64,000 nucleotides of DNA from a bacterium (GTDB lineage: Bacteria; RBG-13-61-14; DATKZS01): assembly GCA_963674965.2 (NCBI GenBank), contig CAXXFL010000001.1, positions 416,001-480,000 of the forward strand, read 5' to 3'. The first letter of the stretch is position 1; every line of letters begins with the position of its first letter. A program made the position numbers and the translations under genes. This document shows positions 27,658 through 37,002 of the stretch, one piece after another. Below the pieces are notes generated by a model that saw only the letters and a program-made list of their open reading frames with translations, did no database searches and was not told where the DNA came from.

Positions 27658-28239
27658 ATGACGGTGGATACTCATGGAATAAAAAAGGATTCAACCGCGG
27701 GCTTTTATCGGGGGCATGGCCTGATCGGGCGTCCGATATTATTAGGAGTGGTTTTGCTTTGCGTCCTGGTACTGGGCTGCAAGCTTGGCGGCGACAAGAA
27801 GAAAGTCATCAAGATCATCGACTCCGAGACTATTTTCGTTCTTTGGGAGCCGGGCTCGTTGGCTAAGATGGAGACCGAGGAGAGGGTCAGAATAGCCGGG
27901 ATAAAAATTCATGAGCGCTGGTCCGAGGGGAACAGGCAGGCCCAAAAAGACCTCGAGGAGATGCTTAAGGGCAAAGAAGTGACGGTCGAGATGGACTCGC
28001 CGGGGTCCACCGCCCGAGACGCTCGGGGTTCGATTATATGCCACGTGTTTCTGGATGGAAAAAACGTGGGAGTGGAAATGGTTCGCCGCGGGTATTCCAA
28101 ATACTACGACTCGAACGCCAAGAAATACGCGGACGAGTTCAAAAAGGCCGAGGAAGAGGCCCAGGCCAACGCGGTGGGCATTTGGTCGGACGAGTATAAG
28201 GAATGGCAGGCCGACCGGGCCGCCGTTTTCGGTTATTAA
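27658..28239 (+). CDS. Thermonuclease (SNase) family lipoprotein with divergent active site
   Basis: IIDSETI, VRIAGI, GKNVG.EMVR.G and AE.EA.....GIWS motifs. Lipobox VLGC. Confidence 0.8.
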   Translation: MTVDTHGIKKDSTAGFYRGHGLIGRPILLGVVLLCVLVLGCKLGGDKKKVIKIIDSETIFVLWEPGSLAKMETEERVRIAGIKIHERWSEGNRQAQKDLEEMLKGKEVTVEMDSPGSTARDARGSIICHVFLDGKNVGVEMVRRGYSKYYDSNAKKYADEFKKAEEEAQANAVGIWSDEYKEWQADRAAVFGY

Positions 28240-28272
28240 ACGTAATATTAAGTAAAACAAAGGGGAAAAAAC

Positions 28273-29478
28273 ATGTCCGATTCCTTTACGGAGACCTCGG
28301 TAATTTCGTGGGGCAGCAGGCTCAAGGACTCGATTAAAAGCGTGCTGGTGGGCTTTTTACTGTTCGTCATTTCTTTTCCGCTCCTTTTCTGGAACGAGGG
28401 CCGGGCGGTTAAAAGGGCCAAGACCCTGGAGACGGGCGCGGCGGCCGTGGTTTCCGTGTCCTCCGACAAGGTTGACCCGGCCAACGAGGGCAAGCTGGTC
28501 CACATGACCGGCGAGGCCACCACCTCGGACGTTCTGCAGGACCCCATTTTCGGGGTTTCCCAGACGGCCATCAGGCTCGAGCGAGTGGTCGAGATGTACC
28601 AATGGGACGAGGACCAGAGCACCAAGACCGTCAACAAGACGGGCGGCAAGCAGGTCAAGGAGACGACCTATTCCTATAAGACCGTCTGGTCCGAGAGTCT
28701 GATCGACTCGAGCAGCTTCCACGTCCAGGAGGCCAGGTCGAGCAAAAGGAACCCGGGTTCCATGCCCTACCAATCCAGCGAATGGGAGGCCCGGAACGCG
28801 ACCATCGGGGCCTTCAGGCTCACGCCCGGCCAGATTTCGGGCATCGGCAACTCCTCCCAGCTCAGGATGGACGAGACCAGCCTGGCCGCGCTCTCGCCCG
28901 AGGTCAAGGGCAAAGTCGGGATTTCGGACGGCATGCTTTACATGCCGGTTGGCGTTGCCGCCGGCGGCACGGCGGGGACGGTGAGCGTTCCGGCCAGCCC
29001 CTCCGTGGGCGACGTAAGGGTGACCTTCAACGTGGTGCTTCCCGCCACCATCAGCATCGTCTACCGCCAAATCGGGGACACCTTCGAGCCCTTCAAGACC
29101 GAGACCGGCGACCTGGCCCTCTTGAAAATGGGGACCATGAGCGCCGACTCCATGTTCCAGGCGGCCCAGCAGGAAAACGCCATCCTCACCTGGATACTGC
29201 GAGTGGTGGGCTTCGTCTTCATGGCCGCCGGCATCGGCATGTTCTTCAAGCCCCTGGTGACGGTGGCGGACGTGCTGCCCATCCTGGGCGACCTTCTCGG
29301 GGCCGGCGTCTTTATCTTCGCCGCCGTCCTGGCCTTCGGCCTGTCGGTGATCACCATCGCCATAGCTTGGCTGTTCTACAGGCCCATCTTGGGCGTCATC
29401 CTGATCGTGGTGGCCGTGGGCGCCGTGGTGGGAATGAAGTTCGCCTTGGGCAAGAAAAAGACCGAACCCGCAGTCTAA
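28273..29478 (+). CDS. TMEM43/DUF1625 family membrane protein
   Basis: LLFWNEGRAV, P.NEGKLVH.TG, L.R.VEMYQW.E, IDSS.F, GDVRV.F, TW.LR and IAW.FYRP motifs. Confidence 0.9.
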   Translation: MSDSFTETSVISWGSRLKDSIKSVLVGFLLFVISFPLLFWNEGRAVKRAKTLETGAAAVVSVSSDKVDPANEGKLVHMTGEATTSDVLQDPIFGVSQTAIRLERVVEMYQWDEDQSTKTVNKTGGKQVKETTYSYKTVWSESLIDSSSFHVQEARSSKRNPGSMPYQSSEWEARNATIGAFRLTPGQISGIGNSSQLRMDETSLAALSPEVKGKVGISDGMLYMPVGVAAGGTAGTVSVPASPSVGDVRVTFNVVLPATISIVYRQIGDTFEPFKTETGDLALLKMGTMSADSMFQAAQQENAILTWILRVVGFVFMAAGIGMFFKPLVTVADVLPILGDLLGAGVFIFAAVLAFGLSVITIAIAWLFYRPILGVILIVVAVGAVVGMKFALGKKKTEPAV

Positions 29479-29490
29479 GAATCCAAAGAC

Positions 29491-29532
29491 AAGGGCGGTT
29501 GAACCCCGGCGTGGGTTTTAACCGCCCTTTTT
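29491..29532 (+). terminator. Rho-independent terminator
   Basis: AAGGGCGGTT...AACCGCCCTT stem followed by a T-run, between convergent genes. Confidence 0.75.
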
Positions 29533-29553
29533 CTATTATCCAATCTAACGACG

Positions 29554-30810
29554 TCAGAGTTTCTTATTGACCCTCCTCAGGCTGTTTTTACAGGAAAGAT
29601 TGTCTTCCTTAAGCTCGACGCATTTTTCATAGGCATCCTTGGCCTCCTGGTATTTTCCCTGTCCCTCGAGGGCCTCTCCCTTGCTGTAGAATATGGAGGA
29701 GTCATCAGGACTGAGCTCGAGGGCCTTGTCGAATTCCCCGAGGGCCTCCTCCGTCAGCCTCGAGCTCATGTACGCGCCGGCCAGGTCCACGTGCCCCTTG
29801 GCGTTGTCCGGCTGCAGGGCGATGGCCTTTTTATATTCCTCGATGGCCTCATCCAAAAGAGCGGCCTTTTCCTCGGAGTTATTCTCGAGCTTGGACAATT
29901 GATACAGGGTCGAGCCCAGGTCGTGGTGGCTTTCGTAAGTCGGCTTTTTCTGGATGGCCGCCTGGAACGATTCCCTGGCCGCCTGGAAGTAATCCTTCGC
30001 CTCGCGGGCCTGCTGGGGACGTCTTCTTCTGCTGACGCCCTCTTTCATGGTCTGATAGCCCAGGGTGTAGTTGACGTTTCCCAGGTTATGGTGGGCCTTG
30101 TAATAATCCGGGTTTACCTGGACGGCGGCGGCGTAGTATTTCTGGGCGTTCAGGTACTTCTCCATGGAAAAGTAGACGTTGCCGATGTCGTTTAAGGTGA
30201 CGGCCAACTGGGGATGCCGGGGTCCGAGGGTATTGTGCTTGATCTCGAGCGACCTGACCAGGGCGTTTTTTGCTTCCTCCTGTTTGTCCATGCGCCTGTA
30301 GAGCCTGCCCATCACGTCCAGGGTAACGGCCACGGAAGCGTCATCCTTACCCAGGTTGTTTTCCTTGATCTCGAGGGAGGTCTTGAGCTTGTTCTCGGCC
30401 TCGTCGTACTTTTCCCTTTTAAGGTAAAGCTCGCCCTGGGCGTCGAGAATGTCGGCTATTTCCAGGTGGTCGGGCCCAAGGTTTTTCGTTTTAATTTTGA
30501 GGGCTTCCTCGAGGCCCTTCTCGGCGGCGTCCAGGTCGTCCTGGCTCATGTCGATCCTGGCCAGCTTGTAATGTATCTCGCCGGCCCTGGGGTCGTCCCA
30601 TTCCTTTTTCTCCTGGATTTTCGACAGGGTCTGACCGTAAAGACGCTCAGCCTCCTCGAAGTTGCCCGAGTCGAAGGCGTCGTCAGCCGAGGCCATGCCC
30701 TGCTCGATCTGGTCTTCCAGGCTGACCTTTTTATTCGAGGCCTGGTTACAGGCGGCCAAGCCGGCCAGCAAGATTATCCCTATAACAATCCAGACGTTAA
30801 CTATCCTCAT
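29554..30810 (-). CDS. Tetratricopeptide repeat lipoprotein
   Basis: Kinesin-light-chain-type TPRs (LGPDHLEIA, LGPRHPQLA) plus classic TPRs. Lipobox LAAC. Start after GGAGG. Confidence 0.88.
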   Translation of the reverse strand: MRIVNVWIVIGIILLAGLAACNQASNKKVSLEDQIEQGMASADDAFDSGNFEEAERLYGQTLSKIQEKKEWDDPRAGEIHYKLARIDMSQDDLDAAEKGLEEALKIKTKNLGPDHLEIADILDAQGELYLKREKYDEAENKLKTSLEIKENNLGKDDASVAVTLDVMGRLYRRMDKQEEAKNALVRSLEIKHNTLGPRHPQLAVTLNDIGNVYFSMEKYLNAQKYYAAAVQVNPDYYKAHHNLGNVNYTLGYQTMKEGVSRRRRPQQAREAKDYFQAARESFQAAIQKKPTYESHHDLGSTLYQLSKLENNSEEKAALLDEAIEEYKKAIALQPDNAKGHVDLAGAYMSSRLTEEALGEFDKALELSPDDSSIFYSKGEALEGQGKYQEAKDAYEKCVELKEDNLSCKNSLRRVNKKL

Positions 30811-31013
30811 TTGTCCTCCCACGCGACGATTCAACGGTGCATGCATCTAGTATAGAGAGATTTTCCGCCAATTCCACCGGCAGCGGAACGGCATACGGAA
30901 AGAAGTCCAATATTCATCCGGTAAAAATGCCGAAAGGCCGAGAGGAAGGAGGGTTTCCTCTCGGCCGATCCAACGGGAAGTCCCGTTAAAACACAATTTG
31001 GCCGCGGGCCGAC

Positions 31014-31817
31014 TTATCGGACCATTATCTCGTAAAGCGTGCCTGAAGTATCCAGGCCAAAGAGCCTTCCCTGTACGCCGGCCAGGAACTCGGGGTTGGG
31101 CAGGGTCCCCTCCCCTATCTTCTTCCTGTCGCCACCGCCCGAGTCGGCCGAGTAAAGGTCGCCGTTGTCCTCGACGGCGTAGATCATAGACGACACCCCC
31201 GCCGCGTCCACCGTGTTCTTCCACTTGCTCGTAAAGCCCGACCTCTTGCGCTTGCCGCTGCCAATATCTACCGTGTAAAAAGCCCCGCCCTTCTCGATCA
31301 TGCATATCTGGCCGCCGCAGGTGAAGAGGATGCCCACGTCCTCCTTGTCGAATTTCCCAAGCGCCTCCCGCTTGCCGGCCGACGGATATATGGCCCTCAT
31401 GCCCCCGTCGTCCTCGATGGTGTAAATGTTGCCGTTCATGCTGACGATGGCAATGGTGTTCTTCCACGCCCCGGGAGGACCTATGTCGCTGGCCTTCATT
31501 CCCGCCGGTTCTATCTGCTTCATAAGGTCTCCCGGGTCGAGACCGAACAGGACATTATCCGAGCCCACCAGATACTTCACGTTGTGAATCTTGCCCTTGT
31601 CCACGGCCGAGCCGGAGTTGACGTCCACCTCGACGAGGGAAGTCCCCGAGCCGTTCCTGACCGCGACGTAGAGCTTGCCGCCGGCCTCGGCCATTCCGAC
31701 GGCCCCCTGATAAAGACCCGCCTGGCCTATCTGCCTGGTCGAAACGCTTTGAGCCAATGAAGCGCTCGAGACCATCGCGACCATGACCGCCAGTGCCAAT
31801 ATTCCTTTCTTCCTCAT
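31014..31817 (-). CDS. Secreted hypothetical protein with beta-propeller-like repeats
   Basis: Signal peptide ending SLA. Repeated units of the form W.....(G).IY..E..G.LY..D...G... Confidence 0.7.
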   Translation of the reverse strand: MRKKGILALAVMVAMVSSASLAQSVSTRQIGQAGLYQGAVGMAEAGGKLYVAVRNGSGTSLVEVDVNSGSAVDKGKIHNVKYLVGSDNVLFGLDPGDLMKQIEPAGMKASDIGPPGAWKNTIAIVSMNGNIYTIEDDGGMRAIYPSAGKREALGKFDKEDVGILFTCGGQICMIEKGGAFYTVDIGSGKRKRSGFTSKWKNTVDAAGVSSMIYAVEDNGDLYSADSGGGDRKKIGEGTLPNPEFLAGVQGRLFGLDTSGTLYEIMVR

Positions 31818-32070
31818 TTTTCACCTCTCGCTTTCTATAAACCTTAATCTTTTATTCTTGCGCCAAATTGATCCGCGCTTTTGAAAAATGAAAGGCAACC
31901 ATCGTGCCCAAATATATTATAGATCGGCTAACCGTCTTATCAATAAGAAATTTTTATTTGCAAATCTTTTTATTCGTTCCTTGCAAACGTACGATTTGTC
32001 TATAAACCCTTGCGCCGCCAAGGCGCTGAAGCAAGAAAACATTGCGCTCAACTTGGCGCTTTATGGGTCA

Positions 32071-33030
32071 TCATTCGCATAAATCTCCCTCTTTAACTTC
32101 CCCCGCGGGCTCGACGTGGGTCACCACGTCAATGACGTCCGGGCCTTTATCAAGCAGGGCGTGCTTAACGCTCGAGGCTATCTCATGCCCTTCCCTGACG
32201 GTCAGATCGTCTTGCACCTGGACGTGCAGGTCCACTTGAACGCCCAGCCCTTGACGCCTTGTCCTTATTTTGTGGACCTCGAGCACCCCGTCGGTGGCCA
32301 GGCAAATCTCGCGTATGCGCTCGCAGGTCTCGCGGCCCGCGCCCGCGTCGGAAAGTTCCTTCAGGGCCGGCCAGGCTATTCTCCAGGCCGCCTGAAGTAT
32401 GAAAACGGTTACTATCACCGCGCCCACGTGATCGAGGAAATACCAGTCGGGGAATAACCTGGTCAGCCCCGCGGCCAGGGCCGCCGGTATCGAACTCAGG
32501 CCGTCCGAGCGGTGGTGCCAGGCGTTGGCCATGAGAGCGCTCGACCTGGCGCGCTTTCCCGCGATCCTCGTGGCGTGGTAGAGGCCTTCCTTGATAATGA
32601 TCGAGGCGACCGCCGCCGCGACGGCGATCAGGCCGGGAGGCCGGGAGTGGCTCTCGGGAATGGTGGCGACCGCGTTGTAGCCGATACCGAGCGCGGCCGC
32701 GGCCAGGGCCAGCCCGATAAAGAAGGTGACCACCGTCTCGATCCGCCGGTGCCCGTATGGATGGGACTCGTCGGGAGGCGCCGACCAGTATCTTACGCCT
32801 ATCAGCACGGCCAGGTCCGTGACCAGGTCCGAAAGGCTGTGCACCCCGTCGGCCGCAACCGCCTGGCTGCCGCCCAGCGTGCCGGCCGCTATCTTGAAGC
32901 CCGAAAGGACCACGTTGATCGCGAGTCCTATCCAGGTTATCCGCTTGATCGTTCTGGTCTCTTGAGTATCGATCCCGATCTCCCATGGTCCGGAGTTAAT
33001 TGCAAACCAGCCGCGCGGACTGACCATCAT
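32071..33030 (-). CDS. Cation diffusion facilitator (FieF-like) transporter
   Basis: ADGVHSLSD, HPYGH.RIE, ANAWHHRSD, EGHEIA and VTHVEP motifs. Start uncertain. Confidence 0.92.
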   Translation of the reverse strand: MMVSPRGWFAINSGPWEIGIDTQETRTIKRITWIGLAINVVLSGFKIAAGTLGGSQAVAADGVHSLSDLVTDLAVLIGVRYWSAPPDESHPYGHRRIETVVTFFIGLALAAAALGIGYNAVATIPESHSRPPGLIAVAAAVASIIIKEGLYHATRIAGKRARSSALMANAWHHRSDGLSSIPAALAAGLTRLFPDWYFLDHVGAVIVTVFILQAAWRIAWPALKELSDAGAGRETCERIREICLATDGVLEVHKIRTRRQGLGVQVDLHVQVQDDLTVREGHEIASSVKHALLDKGPDVIDVVTHVEPAGEVKEGDLCE

Positions 33031-33136
33031 GCTGACTGATCTTTTCCGCCGGCCCCGGCGCGATTAATATAGCACGGCGATTAAGATACGGGAAGGAACC
33101 GGACGAGGTCGATAAGGCGCGTCCTGGATTGCCGAG

Positions 33137-35374
33137 TTACTTCGCCTTGGCCCGGGAGCAGGCTTTTCGTTCTCCCAGGTCGCAGGCCTTTTGGAAAAGC
33201 GACTTGGCCTTGTCCTTGTCCGCTTGCAATCCTCCCTGGCCCTCGAGGTAATATTCCGCGAGCCGGGCGCAGCCGAGGGGATGCTCGGCTTTGCAGGCTT
33301 TCTCGTAAAGCTCCCTGGCTTTTTGCCGGCTCTTCTCGAGGCCGAACAGTCCGTTTTCGTGCCATCTGGCCAAGCTTACGCAGGCTATCATGATCTTTCC
33401 GTCGCAGGCCGTCCTCATAAGCTCGACCGCCCGGGCCGGGTCTTTTTCCCCCGCCAGGTCGTCATAGAGGTAATAGGGAGCCAGATCGAAACAGGCGACA
33501 AGCTCGCCCGCGCCGCAGGATTTATCGAGCAGTTCGAAAGCCTTTTCCGGGTCTTTTTCCTGGCCGCACTCGCCCCTGGCCATGCATGACGCCAAGCCGT
33601 AGCATCCGGAGGGATTACCCGCGTCGCAGGCTTTCTTATAAAGCTCGGCGGCTTTTCTGGGATCGAGGTCGGCCCCGTCCTCCCCTTTCTCGTGCAGCCG
33701 GCCCAGATGAGCGCACGCGGTCATCGAGCCTTTTTCGCAAGACCGCTCGAAGAGGCCCCTGGCTTTTTCCAGGTCCTTATCGAGTCCGCCCGCTCCTCTT
33801 TCGATCAGAGTTCCCAGGCTGTAACATCCGTTCTCGTCGCCCGCGTCGCAGGTCTTGCGAAAGAGGGCGGCGGCCTTGAGAAGGTCCGCCTTGAACCCGC
33901 AGTCGCCGAACTTATAGCAATTGCCCAGGGCGTAGCATCCGGGCAGGTCTCCTCCCTCGCAGGCGCTCTTGAAATATTCGCCCCCCCTTTCCCGGTCCGT
34001 TTCCAGGCCGCAGTCACCGTTCCAGTAGCAGGCGCCAAGGGCGTGGCAGGCGAACATGCCTCCCTTTTGGCAGGTCTCGTCGAAAAGCTCGACGGCCTTT
34101 TGGGCGTCCTTATCAAGGCCGCACTCGCCGCTCATGTAACAGGCAGCCAAGGCCCCGCAGGCGGCGGGCTCTCCTCCCTCGCAGGCCCGCTGGTAATAAG
34201 GACCGGCGGCGTCCTCGTCCTTTTCCAGCCCGCATTCCCCTTGCCAAAGACATCGTCCGAAGTCGTAGCAGCCGGCGGGATATCCCTTTTCGCAAGCGCT
34301 CTTGAAATAATCGCCGAACTCTTCCCCGCCGCCGGCCCGGCATCCTCCGTCCCTCAGGCACGAGGCCAGGTTGTAGCATCCTCTCGCCGCGCCCCCCATA
34401 CAAGCTTTTTCCAAAAGCCTTCCCGCCTCGGCGGGGTCGGGGTCCCGGCCGCAGACGCCGGTGATATAGCAGGCTCCCAGGTTGTTGCACCCGGCCATGT
34501 TGCCGCCCGAGCAGGCCCGCTCGTGAAACTGGGCCGCCTTGACCGGATCGTTTTCCACGCCGCAGTCTCCGGACTCGTGACACTGGGCCAGGCTGAAACA
34601 GGCGTCCATCCTGCCGCCCTCGCAGGCCGCGAAAAGCAGCTCGCCCGCCCGCTTCGGGTCCCGGTCCATGCCGGCGGCCCCTTCCAAAAGAGCGTGAGCC
34701 AGTCTCTCGCAGGCCTCGAGGTCGCCGCCCTTACAGGCCTCGTCGTATATTTTTCCCGGGGACGGCGCGCCCTCGGGGGCCTCGCCGGAGAGGAAGGAGT
34801 CGGCCAGGCCGGTAAGACCCGAGCAGGCTCTCGCCACTCCCCCCAGACAGGACTCGGAATAGAACTCGTAGGCGAACTCCGGGTCGGCCTTTACTCCTCC
34901 GGTCCCTTTTTCGAAACGCCTCGCCAGGCTCGAAAGCTCGACGCAGGCAGCCGCGTACCCGTACTTGCATGAGCGGCGATAGTATTCGCCGGCGCGCTTG
35001 GGGTCGGGCGCTATCTTCTCGTCTCCATTCAGGAAAAGGCCGGCTATCTCGGCCAGCTTTTCGCAGTCGCCCAAGTCTTCCGACTGACAACCGACCGAAT
35101 ATTCCTCCGCCGCCAGCTTGGGATCGAGAAATACTTTTATGTAGCCAAGGGAATACAGATGAAATACCAGGGCCAGAAGAAGAAGAAAAGCGATTAAGAC
35201 GAGCGCGAAAATCCTGAAGGCGGTAGTGGCCCCCCTTGGTTTTTCGTCCACCAGGGGAATATCGTCGAGTCCCTTATCGAGACCCGCCGCCTGGCCCTCC
35301 GTGAAAGGAAGGTCGTATGGGTTTTTCTGCCCCTTCTCCTTGTCCACCTTAGAACCTCCGCCTCGGCGCGCCAC
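33137..35374 (-). CDS. Membrane-anchored Cys-rich Sel1-like repeat protein (Hcp-type)
   Basis: Many ~37-aa repeats of the form A...(Y/F)..AC..G...(A/G)C..L after one N-terminal TM helix. Confidence 0.9.
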   Translation of the reverse strand: MARRGGGSKVDKEKGQKNPYDLPFTEGQAAGLDKGLDDIPLVDEKPRGATTAFRIFALVLIAFLLLLALVFHLYSLGYIKVFLDPKLAAEEYSVGCQSEDLGDCEKLAEIAGLFLNGDEKIAPDPKRAGEYYRRSCKYGYAAACVELSSLARRFEKGTGGVKADPEFAYEFYSESCLGGVARACSGLTGLADSFLSGEAPEGAPSPGKIYDEACKGGDLEACERLAHALLEGAAGMDRDPKRAGELLFAACEGGRMDACFSLAQCHESGDCGVENDPVKAAQFHERACSGGNMAGCNNLGACYITGVCGRDPDPAEAGRLLEKACMGGAARGCYNLASCLRDGGCRAGGGEEFGDYFKSACEKGYPAGCYDFGRCLWQGECGLEKDEDAAGPYYQRACEGGEPAACGALAACYMSGECGLDKDAQKAVELFDETCQKGGMFACHALGACYWNGDCGLETDRERGGEYFKSACEGGDLPGCYALGNCYKFGDCGFKADLLKAAALFRKTCDAGDENGCYSLGTLIERGAGGLDKDLEKARGLFERSCEKGSMTACAHLGRLHEKGEDGADLDPRKAAELYKKACDAGNPSGCYGLASCMARGECGQEKDPEKAFELLDKSCGAGELVACFDLAPYYLYDDLAGEKDPARAVELMRTACDGKIMIACVSLARWHENGLFGLEKSRQKARELYEKACKAEHPLGCARLAEYYLEGQGGLQADKDKAKSLFQKACDLGERKACSRAKAK

Positions 35375-35459
35375 CTTCTATTTATTTTATACTTCTTTCA
35401 TCGAAGTTGAAAGCCCATTTTTCCGAGGCGATAAATCCGACAAAACTAAACGAACAAGG

Positions 35460-36536
35460 TCAATGCAGATATCCCCCATGAAAATCTTCCTCGTCGTCAT
35501 CGTCGTCCGGCTCGTCATCCTCCGCGGCGTACAGGCCAAGCCTTTGCCTGTCTTTCAGTCTCATGGCCTCTTCATTCTCCAGCTCGCGATAGCTCTTGCC
35601 CGCGTCTCCCAGCCAGGCATCTTCCCACTTTGCGTGCTTTTTCATTTTGCGGGCCTTCTTCCAGTAGGCGATTATGGCCAGGAGACCCAACAGGAACCAA
35701 AGGGCCCCGCCTCCTGAAATAACTGAAACCAGTCCGTAAGATTTTCTCATGTGCTGGGCCCACATATCCTGGAGCTCGGGCAGGGACTCGCCAAAAGACT
35801 CCTTCATGGCCCGGTCGGGGCTCGATCCCTTGGCCAGGAGGTCGAGGAAAGAGATGAAAGTCTCGGACCCGTACCTTACGTTCAGAAAGCGGACAAAGTC
35901 TCCCGATTGGGCGTAGGCCGTCGCGGCCGCGCTTCTCGCGTAGGGGAAGGAGTCTTCAAGGTCCCGGAAATCCATGAAGCGCCCGGAGATGGCCATCGAG
36001 CCAAGCGTGTCCACGCGCGAGAACAACGGCTCGTCCGCCATGAACACGGCCAGGCCCTCATCCAGCCAGACCGGCGGCCGAGCGTCACCCAGCTTGTGAT
36101 GAAGCGCGAGATGAGTCAACTCGTGGGCGACGATGGCCCGCATGGAAGAGTGCCTTACCTCGCTTCCAGACAATGGGCGCAGGTAAATGACGTTTCGGGC
36201 GGGATAGGCCGTGCCCGAGGACCAGGAAGGCACGGATCGATTCTGGATGGCCATGAAGGAATCCCGGTCGGGAGCGACTATTACGGTTATCGAGGAAGGA
36301 GGAGAAGTGGAAAGGGCGGCCGAAATCCGCTCGAGCTCGGGCGCCAGATGGGGGGATATGGAATCCACCAGCCCCTCCGACCCAGAAAGATACAGTATGG
36401 CAAACGGACCCCGCTTCAGGGTCAGCCATTTTTTATCAGGCTCTCTCGCCGACGACGTGAGTGGCAAAACGACTGATATGTAAAGAAAAATAACGATCAG
36501 GAACGATCGGGGCGATATCTTGGGCCAAGCGGTCAT
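35460..36536 (-). CDS. Peptidase MA-clan metallohydrolase
   Basis: AHELTH (HExxH), P.WLDEGLA and AYAQS motifs. Signal peptide and C-terminal TM helix. Confidence 0.85.
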   Translation of the reverse strand: MTAWPKISPRSFLIVIFLYISVVLPLTSSAREPDKKWLTLKRGPFAILYLSGSEGLVDSISPHLAPELERISAALSTSPPSSITVIVAPDRDSFMAIQNRSVPSWSSGTAYPARNVIYLRPLSGSEVRHSSMRAIVAHELTHLALHHKLGDARPPVWLDEGLAVFMADEPLFSRVDTLGSMAISGRFMDFRDLEDSFPYARSAAATAYAQSGDFVRFLNVRYGSETFISFLDLLAKGSSPDRAMKESFGESLPELQDMWAQHMRKSYGLVSVISGGGALWFLLGLLAIIAYWKKARKMKKHAKWEDAWLGDAGKSYRELENEEAMRLKDRQRLGLYAAEDDEPDDDDDEEDFHGGYLH

Positions 36537-37002
36537 CTCTTAAGGATGTTAGCATGTCATCCTTTTCCTGGCAATTTGTCCAGACAGGAAATACCCGCAT
36601 TATGCATTCTTTAGATCGAATTTCAGCAGATTGCATTGCCTTTTAGGGTTCATAGCCCTTAATGGCGATCGGCCGTAAGGGCGTCTATAAATCCAGCGAA
36701 ATAACCCATGGCAACTTCTTCCTTGCAACGTCCTGCAATTAAAAGTATATTTTTTCCGGACTGTACTGTCCCTTCAACCGCGGACATTTTTCCGAACTTT
36801 TTCCAAACAAATACTGGAAGGCAAACAAAGAATGGCCCATATTATGCATTATCTTGAAATGCTCTTGTCGCGTTTTATGGACATTGGGGTTTTCCAGTAA
36901 AACGCCGTAAAATGCCCAAGAGGAAGTAAAATATTATTATGGTTATTGTCGGTATTGACAAAAAGATTTTCAAAAACGAAAACCGAAAATAAGGAGACGG
37001 AC

